Assembly: GCF_009834535.1 (NCBI RefSeq)
Contig: NC_045697.1
Location: 105,898,001-105,962,000 of the forward strand
Reading direction: 5' to 3'
Length of the DNA: 64,000 nt
From: Camelus ferus
Lineage: Eukaryota
Shown: one piece after another, positions 12,001-24,700 of the stretch
Numbering within the stretch: position 1 is the stretch's first letter
Layout of the letters: every line of letters begins with the position of its first letter
Program-made: the position numbers and the translations under genes
Notes under the pieces: model-generated
Database searches by the model: none
What the model saw: only the letters and a program-made list of their open reading frames with translations
Told to the model about the DNA's origin: nothing

Positions 12001-13977
12001 TGTCTTAATGGTGTCTTTTGATGAGCAGAAGATTAACATTATAAAGGTCTAATTTATTAGTTTTCTCTTTTATGGTTATTGGTTTCTTCCTGCTCCCTAA
12101 GAAATATTTGCCTACCCCAGTACTGCAAAGACATTTGCTTATGTTTTATCTTCTAAATATTTGTAGATTTAGATTTTATGTTTAGATCTTTGATCCCTCT
12201 TGAATTAATTTTCAGTTATGATGGAGTAGGATTTGCATTTCATTGCTTTTCATATGCTATCTTCATTTTTAGAGCACTATTTATTAAAAAGATTTTTTAT
12301 CCCCATTGGGTATATTTTTGAACTTTCTTTTCAGTTCACTGATCTATTGGCCTACCTATATGTCGATACTATACTGTCTTGATTACTACAGTTTTAGAAT
12401 AAGTCTTGAAATCAGGAAGTATGAATCCTTCAGCTTTTCTCTTCTTTTCCAAATCTGTCTTTGCTATTCTAGCATCTACATTTCCATGTACATGTTAGAA
12501 TTGGCCTGTCAATTCCCTTTAACTGAAAAAAAGAACCTACTGAGATTTTGGCTGGGATGTTTTTTAATAAAAAATAAATGTTGAATTTTGTCAAATATTT
12601 TTCTGCACCTATTTGAGATGATAATATTTTTCATTCTATTTGGTAAATATGGAAAATCACACTGATTAGTTTTCTAATGTTAAACCAATCTTGGTTTCTG
12701 GAAATGACCTTGCTTAATTATGATGTATTATCCTTTTTATATATTGCTGGAATAAATTTGATAATTTATTTATCAATATTTTTAAGAGCTAGTGACCTAT
12801 AATTTTCTTTTCTTGTAATGTTTGTGTTAGGTTTTGATATCACAGTTACACTGGCACTATAAAACTAATTGGGAAGTAATCTCTGTTTGTCTGAAAGAAT
12901 TTGTAAAAGAGTGGTATTATTTTTTGCTAAAAGATTTGATAAAATTTACTAATCAAACCATTTGTGTCTGGATTTTTTGGGGTGGAGGAAGGAAGATTTT
13001 TTTATTACATTTTCAGTTTCTTTAGCTTTGGTAATTTTCTTTTTTCAAGAAAATTTCTATTTTATATAAGTTGTATAGTTTATTAGCAAAATGTTATTCA
13101 TCATTTTTATTATATTTTAATGTCTATGGGATTCATAGCCCCTCTTCTAAAAAGGATATTAATACTTTATATTTTCTCTTTCATTGACTTCTCTTATGTT
13201 TACTATTTCATTCTTTTGCTAGCTTTTTTAGATGGAAATTTAAATAAGTTTATACTGTTCTTTGGTAATGTAGACATTCAAAGTTATAGATTTCTTTTGA
13301 AGCACTGCTGGAGCTGCATCTCACAAATTTGATATGTTGCATTTTAATTATTATTCTATTCAAGTCCTCTAATTTGTTATACTTTATTTTTATCTTAAAT
13401 TATTTAGAAGTGTATGGTTGATTTCCAAATAGTTGGAGCTTTCTAGATATATTCATGTTACTGATGTGTAATTTAATTTCACTCATGTCAGAGAACATAT
13501 TCTTTATGATTTTAATAATTTTAATTAATTAAGGCTAGTTTTATGGGCCAGGATATGGCCTATCTTGGTGAATTTTTCATGCTCACTTAAAAATAATGTG
13601 TATTCTTTTGTTGTTGAGTAGGGTGTCTACTATGAATGTTAATTAAGTCAAGGTGGTTCATAGTGTTGTTCAATCTTTTATATTCTGGCTGATTTTTACC
13701 TACCTGTTCCATCAGTTGTTAAGAGGAGGGTGATAAAGTTACTGATGGTGACAACTGTGTATTTATTTATTTCTCCCTTCAGTTTTATTCATGTATTTTG
13801 AAGATCTTGTATTTAGTGTAAACACATTTATGATTTTATGTCTTCCTAAAGAGGTGACCTTTTTATTGTTTGAAATGCGACTATTTCTGGTAACAGTCTT
13901 TGTCTTGATGCTTGTTATTAATCCTCACACACCATCTTCCTTATTCTTACTGTTTGCATTGTGTATCTTTTCCCAGT

Positions 13978-14350
13978 TACCTTAGTCTGCTTAAGCTTCC
14001 ATAACAAAATGCCAAAGCCTGGGGACTAAACAACAGAAAGTTATTTTCTCAGAGTTTTGAAAGCTCAAAGTCCAAGATTAAGATCCAACAAAGTCAATTT
14101 CTGATGGCACCTCTCTTCTTGGTTTGTAAATGCCACTTTCTTGCTCAGTCCTCCTGTGACAGAGACACACAGAGAGAGAATATCTGATATCCCTCATTTC
14201 CTTATAAGGACACCAGTCATATTGATCAAGGCTTTGCCCTTTTTGACCTTAATCACATCTTTAAAATTTTTTTCTCCTATGGTCACATGATGGATTAGGA
14301 CTTCAACATATGAATTTAGAGAGGGGCGGGGCACAATTCAGTTCATAGCA
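13978..14350 (-). mobile_element. MaLR solo LTR (MLT1A-like) nested in L1
   Basis: cttagtctgcttaagcttccataacaaaatgcc...aaacaacagaaagttattttctc...ggattaggacttcaacatatgaattt...cacaattcagttcatagca. Confidence 0.85.
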
Positions 14351-14870
14351 TGAAATTTTAACTTTCAAACTATTTATTTCTCTATATTTAAAGCATGTTG
14401 CTTGTATATAGCATATAATTGGATCTTAATTTTTTCAGTATGACAATCTTTGCTTTTTAATTGAAGTGTTTAGTCCATTTATATTTAATGAAATTATCAT
14501 TTGGCTAGATTTAGTTCTATTAGATTCCTCTTTGTTTTCTATTTTTCCAGTCTAGTTTTTTTCTGTTCTCCTTCTATACTGAAACTTATGTTTTGATTGT
14601 CAAAAATTATTTGGTGTTCCATTTTGAGTCCTCTTTGGCTTTCTAGCTATACCACTTTGTATTTTTTAGTGTTTGCTATAGATATGAATTCTTGTTACAG
14701 TTTCCCTAGAGTTAACATTGTGATTCTAATATTCACTTAAGATATATAAATTTCTCAAAATATAATTCAATTTACATCTTCCCATCTTTCAAATTACTGC
14801 TATCATTTATGTAACTATTACATTTGTTATAAATCCCATAATACAGTGTTATTTATCTTTTACCCTAAAA

Positions 14871-15110
14871 AGGAGGTAAGAAAATTTTTTCCTTAAGGAC
14901 AAATAGTAAATATTTTAGGTTTGAGGGCCACATGTAGTCTCTGTCACATATTATTTGCTTTCTTTCTTGTCTTTGTTGTTATTGTTGTTGTTTCACGCTT
15001 TGTTTTTATAATCCTTAAAAATATAAAGGAACATTCTTAGCTATCAGAACATACAAAAACAAGCTGTGAGCTCGATTTAGCCCATGAGCCATGAAATTTG
15101 CCTGCTTCTA
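14871..15110 (+). mobile_element. hAT-Charlie MITE (MER58B-like) with degenerate 8-bp TSD
   Basis: aaatagtaaatattttaggtttgagggccacatgtagtctctgtcacatatt...aacattcttagct...catacaaaaacaagctg...gatttagcccatgagcc. TSD ccctaaaa (14863-14870) and ctctaaaa (15111-15118). Confidence 0.85.
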
Positions 15111-15487
15111 CTCTAAAAAGTCAGCTGTCTTAAAAAAAATTAATGCAAGAAAAATAGATAGGTTTTTATATTTATGATTTTCAATGCTTGTTTTTCCTTC
15201 CTGCAAATGTGAATTTAAGCTGGTATTATTTCCTTCAGCCTGAATAGCTTCCTTTAATATATCTTGTAGTGCAGATCTCATGAGTTCTCTCTGCCTCTAT
15301 TTATCTGAAAATGTTTTCTGTTTTACCTCATTTTCAAAGGATATATTGCTGGATAAGGAAATCATGGTTTCTTCTTTTATTTTTCTCTGACTCCTTTCTG
15401 TCTTTAAAGCGTCATTTTATTGTCTACTGTTCTGATAAGAAATCATAATTGTTCACCTTTATGTAATGTTTCTTTCTCTCTGGCTCC

Positions 15488-16122
15488 TGTGGTAAGTAGA
15501 ATCATGAAGGATACCCTGCCTCCCAAGACTTGCTATCCTAATTCTTGGGAACTGTGAATATGATGTAACAATTGTGCCCTGATTATGTTACATTATATGG
15601 CAAAAGGGATTTTGCAGATGTAATTAAGGTTACTGATGAGTTAACTTCAAGTTAATCACAAAGGGATTACCTGAGTGGGTCTAGGTTAAATATGTGAGCC
15701 CTTTAAAGCAGAGAGTTTTTCCAGCTGGGAGTGGAAGAGGAAGAGAGATTCAATGTGAGAAGGAGTTGATGTGCCATTGCTGGCACTGGAAATAGAAGTG
15801 ACCATGTGAGAAGAAATGCAGGTGACTTCTAGGAGCAGACAGCAGCCTCTGCCTGACAGCTCAAAAGGATACAAGAACCTCAGACCTATGACCGCAAAGA
15901 CCCGCATTCTGTCAAAGACCCGAGTGAACTTGGAGCGATTCTTCCCTAAAGCTCCAGAGAAGAGCTCAGTCCAGCCAACACCTTGATGTCAAATTTGTGA
16001 GAGCCTGAGTAGAGAACCCAGTTGAGCCTACCTGGACTTCTGACCCAAAGAACTGTGAGATAATAGATGAGTATTGTTTTAAACCTCTATGTTTGTGGTG
16101 ATTTGTTACATAGCAATAGAAA
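15488..16122 (+). mobile_element. MaLR solo LTR (MLT1E-like) nested in L1
   Basis: tgtggtaagtagaat...gattatgttacattatatggcaaaagggattttgcagatgtaattaaggttact...gaactgtgagataata...tttgtggtgatttgttacatagcaatagaa. Confidence 0.88.
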
Positions 16123-16736
16123 GATATTTCAAGATATTTCTCTTTATTGTCAGTTTTCAGGAGTTGACTGTGATATACTTAAATGTGGTTTTCTTAGTAT
16201 TTTCTTGTTTGAGGTTCACCAGACTTTTTGAACTATAAATTTATATTTTTCATAAAATTTGGGTAAGTTTCACCCATTATTTCTTTTTAAAAAACTTCCC
16301 ATCAAATTCTCTCTCCTCTCCTTGGAGACTCCAACTGAGTGTACACTAGACTGCTTGACTTCTCACAGATCCTTAAGGTTCTTTTTTTTCTTGACTTTTT
16401 TCAGTCTTTTTCCTCTCTGTTTTTCAAATTTGATTATCTTTATTAATCTTCCTTCAAGTTTACTACTATTTCTTCTGCCATTTCTAATCTGAATTTTCAT
16501 TTCAGATATTGTACTTTAATATTGTAGAATTTCCTTTTGGCTTTTTAAAAAATGTGTTCCATTTCTCTGCTAAAATTACATATCTGTTCACTCATGTTCA
16601 TCATTTTTCTTTAAGTCCTTACACATCTTTATTAAAGTTCTTATCTGCTAATTTCTGGGCCATTTTGTAGTCTGTTTACATTGACTACTTTTTCTGATTG
16701 TGAGTCTCATTTTTCTCCTTTTTCAGCTACATAGGA

Positions 16737-17320
16737 TTTTTTTGTTTTAAAGATTTGTCCTTATAATGGACAATATAAAAAGTTACACACATTTAATGTA
16801 TACATTTTGATGAATTTAGACATAGGCATACACCCATGATACCAGCACCACAATCAAGGTACTAAATATATTCATCACCTACAAAAATTTCCTTGTGTTT
16901 TTGTGTTGTATGTGTGTGTGTGTCTGTGTTTGTGGTAATAACATGATATCTATCCTCTTAATGTATTTTGAAGTGAAATACTGCTTTTTTAACTATTGGT
17001 ACAGCATATTGCTAAAATTTATTCATCTTGCATAACTAAAACTTTATATCCATTGAATAACAATTCCTCATTTTCCCTCTCCCCACACCCCAACACAAAT
17101 GTCCACTGACAGATGAATGTATAAACAAAATGTGTTATATACATACAGTAGAATAGTATTCAGCCTTGAAAAAGAATGAAATCCTGGCATTTGTGACAAA
17201 ATGGATGAATCTAGAGGACAGTAGGCTCAATGAAATAAGCCAGTCACAGAAGGACAAATACTGCATCATTCCACTTGTATGAGGTATCTAAAATACTTGA
17301 ATTCATAGAAACAGAGAATA
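16737..17320 (-). mobile_element. L1MB-like 3' end with inverted 5' segment (twin-priming structure)
   Basis: Antisense distal 3' UTR at about 16737-17090 is joined to sense ORF2-end/proximal 3' UTR at about 17091-17320 (aaatgtccactgacagatgaatg...catagaaacagagaata). Confidence 0.8.
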
Positions 17321-17429
17321 TGTAGTAATTTTAAAATTTTATCCTAGATATTTTGAAAGATGCATTGGAAAGAGTATGGATTATGCTGCCACCTTAAAGA
17401 ATGTCGAATTTTGTTCTGGCAGGCATTTA

Positions 17430-17690
17430 AATATAGCAGTATATGTATATGTAACTGTAACTATAATTAACAATATTATATCATATATTTGAAAGTTGCT
17501 AAGAGAGTAGATCTTGAAAGTTCTCTTTATAAGAAAGAAATGTGTAATATGTGAGGTGATGGATGTTAACTAAATTTGTTATAGTAATCATTTTGCAATA
17601 TATACATCTATAAAATCATTATATTGTACACTGTAAGCTAATACAATGTTCTATGTCAATTATATCTCAATTAAATTGGAAAAAAATAGT
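17430..17690 (+). mobile_element. L1MA-like (L1MA9-type) 3' end
   Basis: tttgaaagttgctaagagagtagatcttgaaagttctc...gtgaggtgatggatgttaacta...tgtcaattatatctcaattaaattggaaaaaaa. Confidence 0.85.
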
Positions 17691-18524
17691 TCTAAAAATA
17701 ATTACTGGATTATTTAGAGTCCCTCAGACTTGGCTTTATTATTTGTTAGGATGGGATTCTTTAGGTTTTGTTCTTAGTACTAGGGTGTGGTATCTTTTCA
17801 AAGCTGTGTTTTTTACTCTTAAGACTTGGCCTTTTGGGGATCTAAAATAAATGACCAAGGAGCTTAGTGTGGTTTCTCCACTCTGACTGGGCTGCAGGGT
17901 CCAGTGTCTCCTAGACTTTCATGACCTCTGTTATCTGTCCTATTTATTATACCTCAGCTGTCTTGCTCAGTTCTCAGCCACATAGCAACTACACTCTACT
18001 AGGTCTAAAGTTGTCTGGACTTGCACGTGCACAGCCACGCCTTGGGCCAAAGATGCACAGAGAAGCCCCAGGTGGATTTGGAACACCTTCTGCATGGTCT
18101 CCTACATCCTGGTACCGTGCTGCTCACACTTCAGATACTTCAGTAGCTCTGTACTCTGACCTTTGCCTCACCCTCCTTACCTTGGACATCCCCTCCAAAA
18201 ACTGTCCTAAGGCAAAAAGCCAAGACAAATGTGGGGCTTGATTCCTATAGTTTGCTTTTCTAAAGGATTACAGTCCTGGGCTGCTTATTATCCAATCCCT
18301 AAAAAAAAAAAAAATTCATATAGCCCTTCCAGTTTCACAGTTGCTTGTGGTGAGAAGTCAAGTCTGGTACCAGTTATTCAGTCACAGCTGGAAGCAAGAG
18401 TAGTCCTTGTTGTTCACATGATCTTTGATGTCCTCTCATAATGGTGCCATTATTTCCTCTATGAACTAGGAGTGTCCAAACTGTAGGTCTTGGAATTGCA
18501 GAGTCATTCGAAGGAATCTGTAAA

Positions 18525-18760
18525 TGTTATCTAGTGACTGAATGAATAAAATTTACTACCCTGCTTGCCAGCCTTCTCCACTGTGAAGTTACTCTTTTCC
18601 CCCTTTTTCACACTGTACTCTTTGGAGGAAGTCACTGTGCACACTAGGCAGTGTGGAGTCCCCTCATTAGAGTCAGTATAGCTGTACGAATTATTTGGAA
18701 TTCTCCTACATGAGGGATTTGTCTTTTCTTCCCCATTTATTGCTGACCCAATCATTGGTG
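18525..18760 (-). mobile_element. L1MC-like 3' fragment
   Basis: gccagccttctccactgtgaagttactcttttcccc...tttggaggaagtcactgtgcac...ttatttggaattctcctaca. Confidence 0.6.
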
Positions 18761-19799
18761 CTCAGTCAGGAATTGATTATTTCTGTTTGAAAGGCATGTG
18801 ATATAGACAAAGGGGCATTAGGCACGTACTCATGTGTTGAGTTTGAGCCCTAACTCTCCCATGTGATTGTTCTGTAGCTTATGTGATTTCTTGCATGCCA
18901 TTCATGCTCCATTTCTTCATATGTGAAGTGGAGATAGTAATATTTGCTTCATATATTATAAAGTTAAGGAAGAAATGGGGGAAAGACCTTTAAAAATTTT
19001 TACATTTTTGTCTTCTTGCATCCCCTCGAGATAAAAAGTGGGGTGGTTTAAAGAAATGGTATCTGAAAGGCAATAGTGATAGCTATGTATGAGAAAATAT
19101 TCAGGTAAAGAATAACAGATTGAATTATTGAGATGTATGTATGTGTGTGGGTGTGTGTGGATGTGTGGGTGACGTCTGTAACAAACATTTATACTGTTAA
19201 AAAATCTAGATCATTTATTCAATTTTTACTCTTCAAATTTTTGGCACTATCCACAGTTGAAGCCAGAGAGATAATTAGTCCCCTTCCTTCATTTAGTATC
19301 AACCGTAAACTTGAAGATTAATTAATAAATTATTAATTTATCTCTCAGCCCTGTCATCTCTAAGATAAAGCAAGTACCACTTCTTTTAACCTTTCACCAT
19401 CTACTATATTGAAATTTTTATTAAATATTCTTAACATATCCAAACATCCAGATTCTATAAATACCTCTACTTATTTGCAGTCTGAAATTAACATACTTTT
19501 CTCATAGGAGTCTAACAGAAAGAAGATGTATTCACTGAGAATGGTATATATAATTGAGATTTACAAAGATTGTCAGCAACTGAAATAAATTATATTCTGA
19601 GAAGAGTTAGAGAACTATCGTCCCAACATTGTGGATCTACCTGTTTTGATTAAAATCTAAAATGAGATGAGAAATTAAGATGTTGTAAATTTCCCCTTTG
19701 AAGGACAATAAAATTTTGAACAATTACAGCCCAGAGGGTTATCCTGGTAAAGAAGAGAAAGACGCAGGACTAAGAGATAAAGAGAATATTGTTTCCCTT

Positions 19800-20513
19800 T
19801 GACCAGGGCAAGGGAGGCCCCTGCCTTAGGCCTCCATATTTTACAATCTGCCACCTCTTGGCCCTCCTCTGCCCATACCGCACTATGACAAGGATTCTAG
19901 GGAGCCAATAGAATGCGCCTCGCCAGAGGCAACAGCATCCCACCCACCAGCACCACTAGACCAGATTCTGGTTAGCTGGGATTGTGAGCTACAGTGAGCA
20001 ACCGTTCTGAGTCAGCTTCCTCCACCTGAGCAGGTCTCTTGCCTGGGTCTATGAGCCCAAAGGCAGACTCCATCTCTGGAAAGTGCTCCCCTAGGCCTTA
20101 GAGTTGCTCAAGAGTATAGGAAGAATGTAGATGGGGCTCAGACATGCTGGATGTGCAGACTGGGTTGTCCAGAGGTATGCCTGTGAGGCCTCTAATGATG
20201 TGGGATGGAGCCAGGAATGAAAAAAGTCGTGCTGGCTGCAGCCCAGGGGCTGCATGCTAGAGGCTAGCTCTCTTCAAGTGCTCCAACGAGTCTAAGAACT
20301 GAAAACTTCATTCATAGCGAACATTTCAGGTTATGATGGGTATGTTTGTCAAAGTAGAATTATAGAACATATTTTATTTAACAATTTTTGAGCTTGATTA
20401 ATAACTTATTAATCAAGTTTTCAAGATGATGAATGTTTAAGTGTTTAGACATATTTCATGTAGTTTCCACAGGTACTTTTGCCTTGAATCCAGAATATCT
20501 TAGGGACAGCCTG
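19800..20513. mobile_element. Probable old hAT-Tip100-type DNA transposon remnant (MER96B/MER45-like)
   Basis: Left end cagggcaagggaggcccctgccttaggcctcca; right end gtacttttgccttgaatccagaatatcttagggacagcctg. Subfamily uncertain. Confidence 0.4.
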
Positions 20514-21754
20514 GAAGTGACCTACGCTTTATTTCTGGTCCTTTCACCGACCAGCATAAGCTTAAACAAATGACTGAAAGTCTTTGGGTTCCACTTTTTA
20601 TATTTGTAAAAGCAAGTGGATGATTTCATTTGAATACTATTTCTATCACTTATTAACTGTGTAACTTTGAGCACATTGCACAAAACTCTGGGTCTCAGTC
20701 TTTTCTTCCATCAGATTTAAGGTTTAGATTAGGCAACTATATGATCTATTTTCATTCTACTCTAGGAAGACTTAATTTTTATTAGACATTTATTAGACAT
20801 TAGACAATTTTTATGTAGATATTTTGTTAAAAGAAGGAAGCATATTAGAATAATAGCTAAAATTGATAAAAGTGAAACCGTATAAAATCTAGTTACTTCT
20901 TCCCTGCAGTGCCCTCTTTGCTGGTTTATCATTACCTGATAGCTCAGTTTTGTTCTAACTTAAGTTAAAATTACAATTGAAAAATGTGACTCAAGGTCAA
21001 AAAGCAATTAAATGGAAATTAAGGTTATTTGTTTTAAAAACTCAGGGAATATTTTATATAATGAATCTGTTAGGTGACAGTTAATAGGGATTAATCAGCA
21101 ACTTGCTTTCTCTTTGATCATGACTCCAGTCTGCTCTGGACAGGAGTGTTGATAAGGACACAATTATGAGCCATTTCCTTGGAGCAGTGCACTTGGAGAG
21201 CTTTGGATAAAAAGCCTCTCTGAGTGCAAAGTGGAGCCCTTGTTGTTATGTAGAAAAATCAGATTAATTGTCTCAATTCATGTCGTGGAGCACAAAAGGC
21301 ATCCTGTGGTCAGTCACATCAATCCTACTCTGCCCTTTATTATACATCGATTACCTACAAGGCAAAGGTTGATGTGTTACCTTTTGTTTTATAAGGCAAG
21401 AGGACAGCCACTGATATTTTCTGGGCTATGCAATGGGCTGCAAATTCTAGAGCTGTGCGTTCTGCCTCTAGTTTTCTCTAGAACCATTAGAGAGCCTAAA
21501 AAATCACAGAATTTAGTCTCAAAGGGTTAAGCTAATTGGAGCAGTAATTACTAGGGGGAGAAACAGGAAAAGTATTCCAACTGCAGCCACAGAAACCACA
21601 GGGACAGATCATGGAAAAATCTTACCTCCTCAGACTTTGTGTTTTCAAACTATTGATGTCAACTTCAAATTTTCTCTCTTCCTTTTATTTCAGCTGTAAA
21701 ATTAGCTTTTACTTCCACTTCACTGAAATATTATGATGCATAAGAATGATTAAC

Positions 21755-24700
21755 AACACTTAAGCAACTTAAAAGGCTCACATGCAGACTCACTTGCCCC
21801 AGCACTGGTCACGATAGGGGCAGTTTGAAGAGTGCCTGGGTCATGTGTGAAGGAGATTTGGTTGCTGCCTCGGGGCTTCTGTTGGAGAGGCAGGAGCCAG
21901 CTGGGACTCTCTGTAGGGGCAGATGCACTGTGGGTGCCATCTCTGAGTTCTTTTTCTGCCTTGCTAGTGCTGGCACTGGCCGCACCATTTTGGCCCTGTC
22001 CCTTTAAGCTGCTAGTGGCGGGGGGGGCCCCCACCCCCCCTGCACCACAGCCACGACCCCACCATGGCAGGCGGGCACGCACAGCTCGCACAGGGGAAGC
22101 CTCTTGAGTGCCTGGCTCTGGCAGCCAGCAGGGATAGCATTTCTGGGCCTCACAGTTTACCTGCTGCACAAGGTCACTCCTTCAAGCCTGGAAGAGGTAG
22201 CTGTTTCACCCAATAAGAACAAACCCAGAGAGACAAACAAAATGAGGAGACATAAAAATATGTTCCAAATTCAAGAAAAAGATATAAAACCTCAGAAAAC
22301 AACCTTAATGAAACAGAGATAAGTAATCTACCTAATACAGAGTTCAGAACAGTAGCCATAAAGAGTCTCACCAAACTCAGAAGAATGGATGAAAACAGTG
22401 AGCACTTCCACAAAAAGATGGAAACTATTTGAAAGTGCCAAACAGATCACAGAATTGAAGAACACAACAGCTGAACTGAAAAATACAGTATAGGGGATCA
22501 ACAGCACACTAGATGAAGTGAAGAGCTGGACCAGCAACCTGGAAGATAGGGCAGTAGGAATAACCCAAACAGAGCAGCAAAAAGAAAACAAAAAAAGAAT
22601 ATTAAAAAATGAAGATAGCTTAAGGGACCCATGTAATAACATCAAGCAGAATGACACCCACTCCATAGGGGTCCCAGAAAGAGAGAAAAGGAAAAAAAAA
22701 TTTTTTTTTGAAGAGATAATGGCTGAAAATGTTCCTAATCTGAGGAGGGGAACAGACATCCAGGCCCAATAAACACAGAGTTCCAAATAATTCCAAGTAA
22801 TTCCAAACCCTAAGAGAGACACATCAAGACACATTATAATTAAAATGTCAAAATTTAAGAAAAAAATAGAGAATCTTAAAAACCTTGTTACATGCAAGGG
22901 TGCCTCCATAAGACTATCAGCTGATTTTCAGCAGAAACTTTACAGGCCAGAAGAGTGTGGATGAAATAATCAAAGGACTGGGAGATAAAAAATAAAAACT
23001 TCCAACCAAGAATACTCTATCCCACAAGTTTATCATTCAGATGGAAGGAGAGATTAAGAATTTTCCAGATAAGCAGAGGCTAAAGGAATTTGTCACCACT
23101 AAACAGACATTACAAGAAATGTTAAAGGGATTTCTTTAAGCTAAAGAGAAAAAGCACTAAGTAGTAACAAGAAAGTGTACAAAATTAAAAATCTCACTGG
23201 TAAAAGCAAATATATAGTCATGCTGGGGATTAACCACTTACAAAGCTGGTATGAAGTTTAAAATAAAAAGCAAAATTAACTATAACTATAATAATTAGTT
23301 AAAGGATACACAAAATATAAAGTATGACATCAAAAACATAACAGGTGGGGGTGGGTAAAAATGGAGAATTTTAAAATGTGTTCAAACTTCAGTTGCTATC
23401 AAATTACTCTAGACTGTTATAGATATATAAGCTCTTATATGAAAACCTCCTGATAACAACAAAACAAAAATCTATAGTAAATACACAGAAGACAATGAGA
23501 AAAGAATATAAACATAACACTAAAAAAGTCACCAAACCACAGAGGAAGAGAGCAAGAGAAGAAGAAAGGAACAGACAGCAACTATAAAAAAGGCCAGAAA
23601 ATAATTAACAAAATGGCAATTAAAAAAAAATGGCAATAAGTACCTTCCTATCAATGATTACTTTAAATTTAAATGAACTAAACTCTACAACAAAAAGACA
23701 CAGAACAGCTGAATGGATTAAAAAACAAAACAAAACAGAACAAGAACTCTCTATGTTGCCTACAAAAGATTCACTTCAGATCTAAGGACATAGACAAATT
23801 AAAAGTGAAGGGGAAAAGATATTCTATGCAAATTGATATAAAAATAAATCTGGCATCCATACTTGTATCAGACAAAATAGACCTCAAAACAAATACTGTC
23901 CTACAGGCAAGAAAAAGGCATAAAATAATAATAGAGGATTCAATCCAACAGGAGGCTATAATATTTGTAAATATTTATGCACTCAACATAGAAGCACCTA
24001 AATCTATAAAGTAAATACTAACAGGGTGAAATTAACAGCAATATAGTAATAGAAGAGGACATCAGTACCCTACTTACACCAACAGATGGATCATCCAAAC
24101 AGGAAAACAATTAGAAAAAATCAGCCTTAAAGGACATACTAGACCAGAGAGATAGGTACTTACAAAACCTTCTATCCAAAGTTAGTAGAATACACATTCT
24201 TCTCAACTGCACATGGAACATTCTCCAGAATAAATCATACACTAGGTCACAAAACAAGTCTCAACAAATTTAAGAAGATTGAATCATATCAAGCATATTT
24301 TCCAACCACAAAGATATGAAACTATAAATCAATTACAGGAAGAAAACTGGAAAAAAACACAAATATGTGGAGGTTAAGTAACATGCTACTTAACAACCAA
24401 AACATCAACAAGAAATCAAAGGAGAACTCAAGAAACATCTTGAGAGAAATGAAAATGTAAATACAGCATACCAAAATCTATGGGATGCAGCAAAAACAAT
24501 TTTGAGAGAAGTTTATAATAATAAATGTTTACCTCAAGCAACAGGGAAGACATTTTTTAAAAATCTAACTTTATACCTAAAAGAAGAAGGAAAAAACAAT
24601 GCTCCAAATCAGCAGAAGAAATAATAAACACAGAGCAGATATAATGAAATAGAGACTGAAAGACAATAGAAAAGGTCAATGAATCTAAGAGCTGGTTCTT

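Larger units (their letters stand above)
11110..18405 (-). mobile_element. Ancient L1 (L1ME/L1M4-like) spanning 3' UTR to 5' end, internally deleted, with five nested insertions
   Basis: Antisense 3' UTR at about 11110-11700, ORF2 remnants about 11900-13900, inter-ORF/ORF1 about 14350-16730, and 5' region about 17330-18405 ending aagtctggtaccagttattcagtcacagctggaagcaagag. Confidence 0.75.

Noticed and set aside
22328..22909. 193-aa hydrophobic ORF resembling a membrane protein
   Set aside because: It is the antisense reading of A-rich L1 ORF1; the hydrophobicity comes from T-rich codons.
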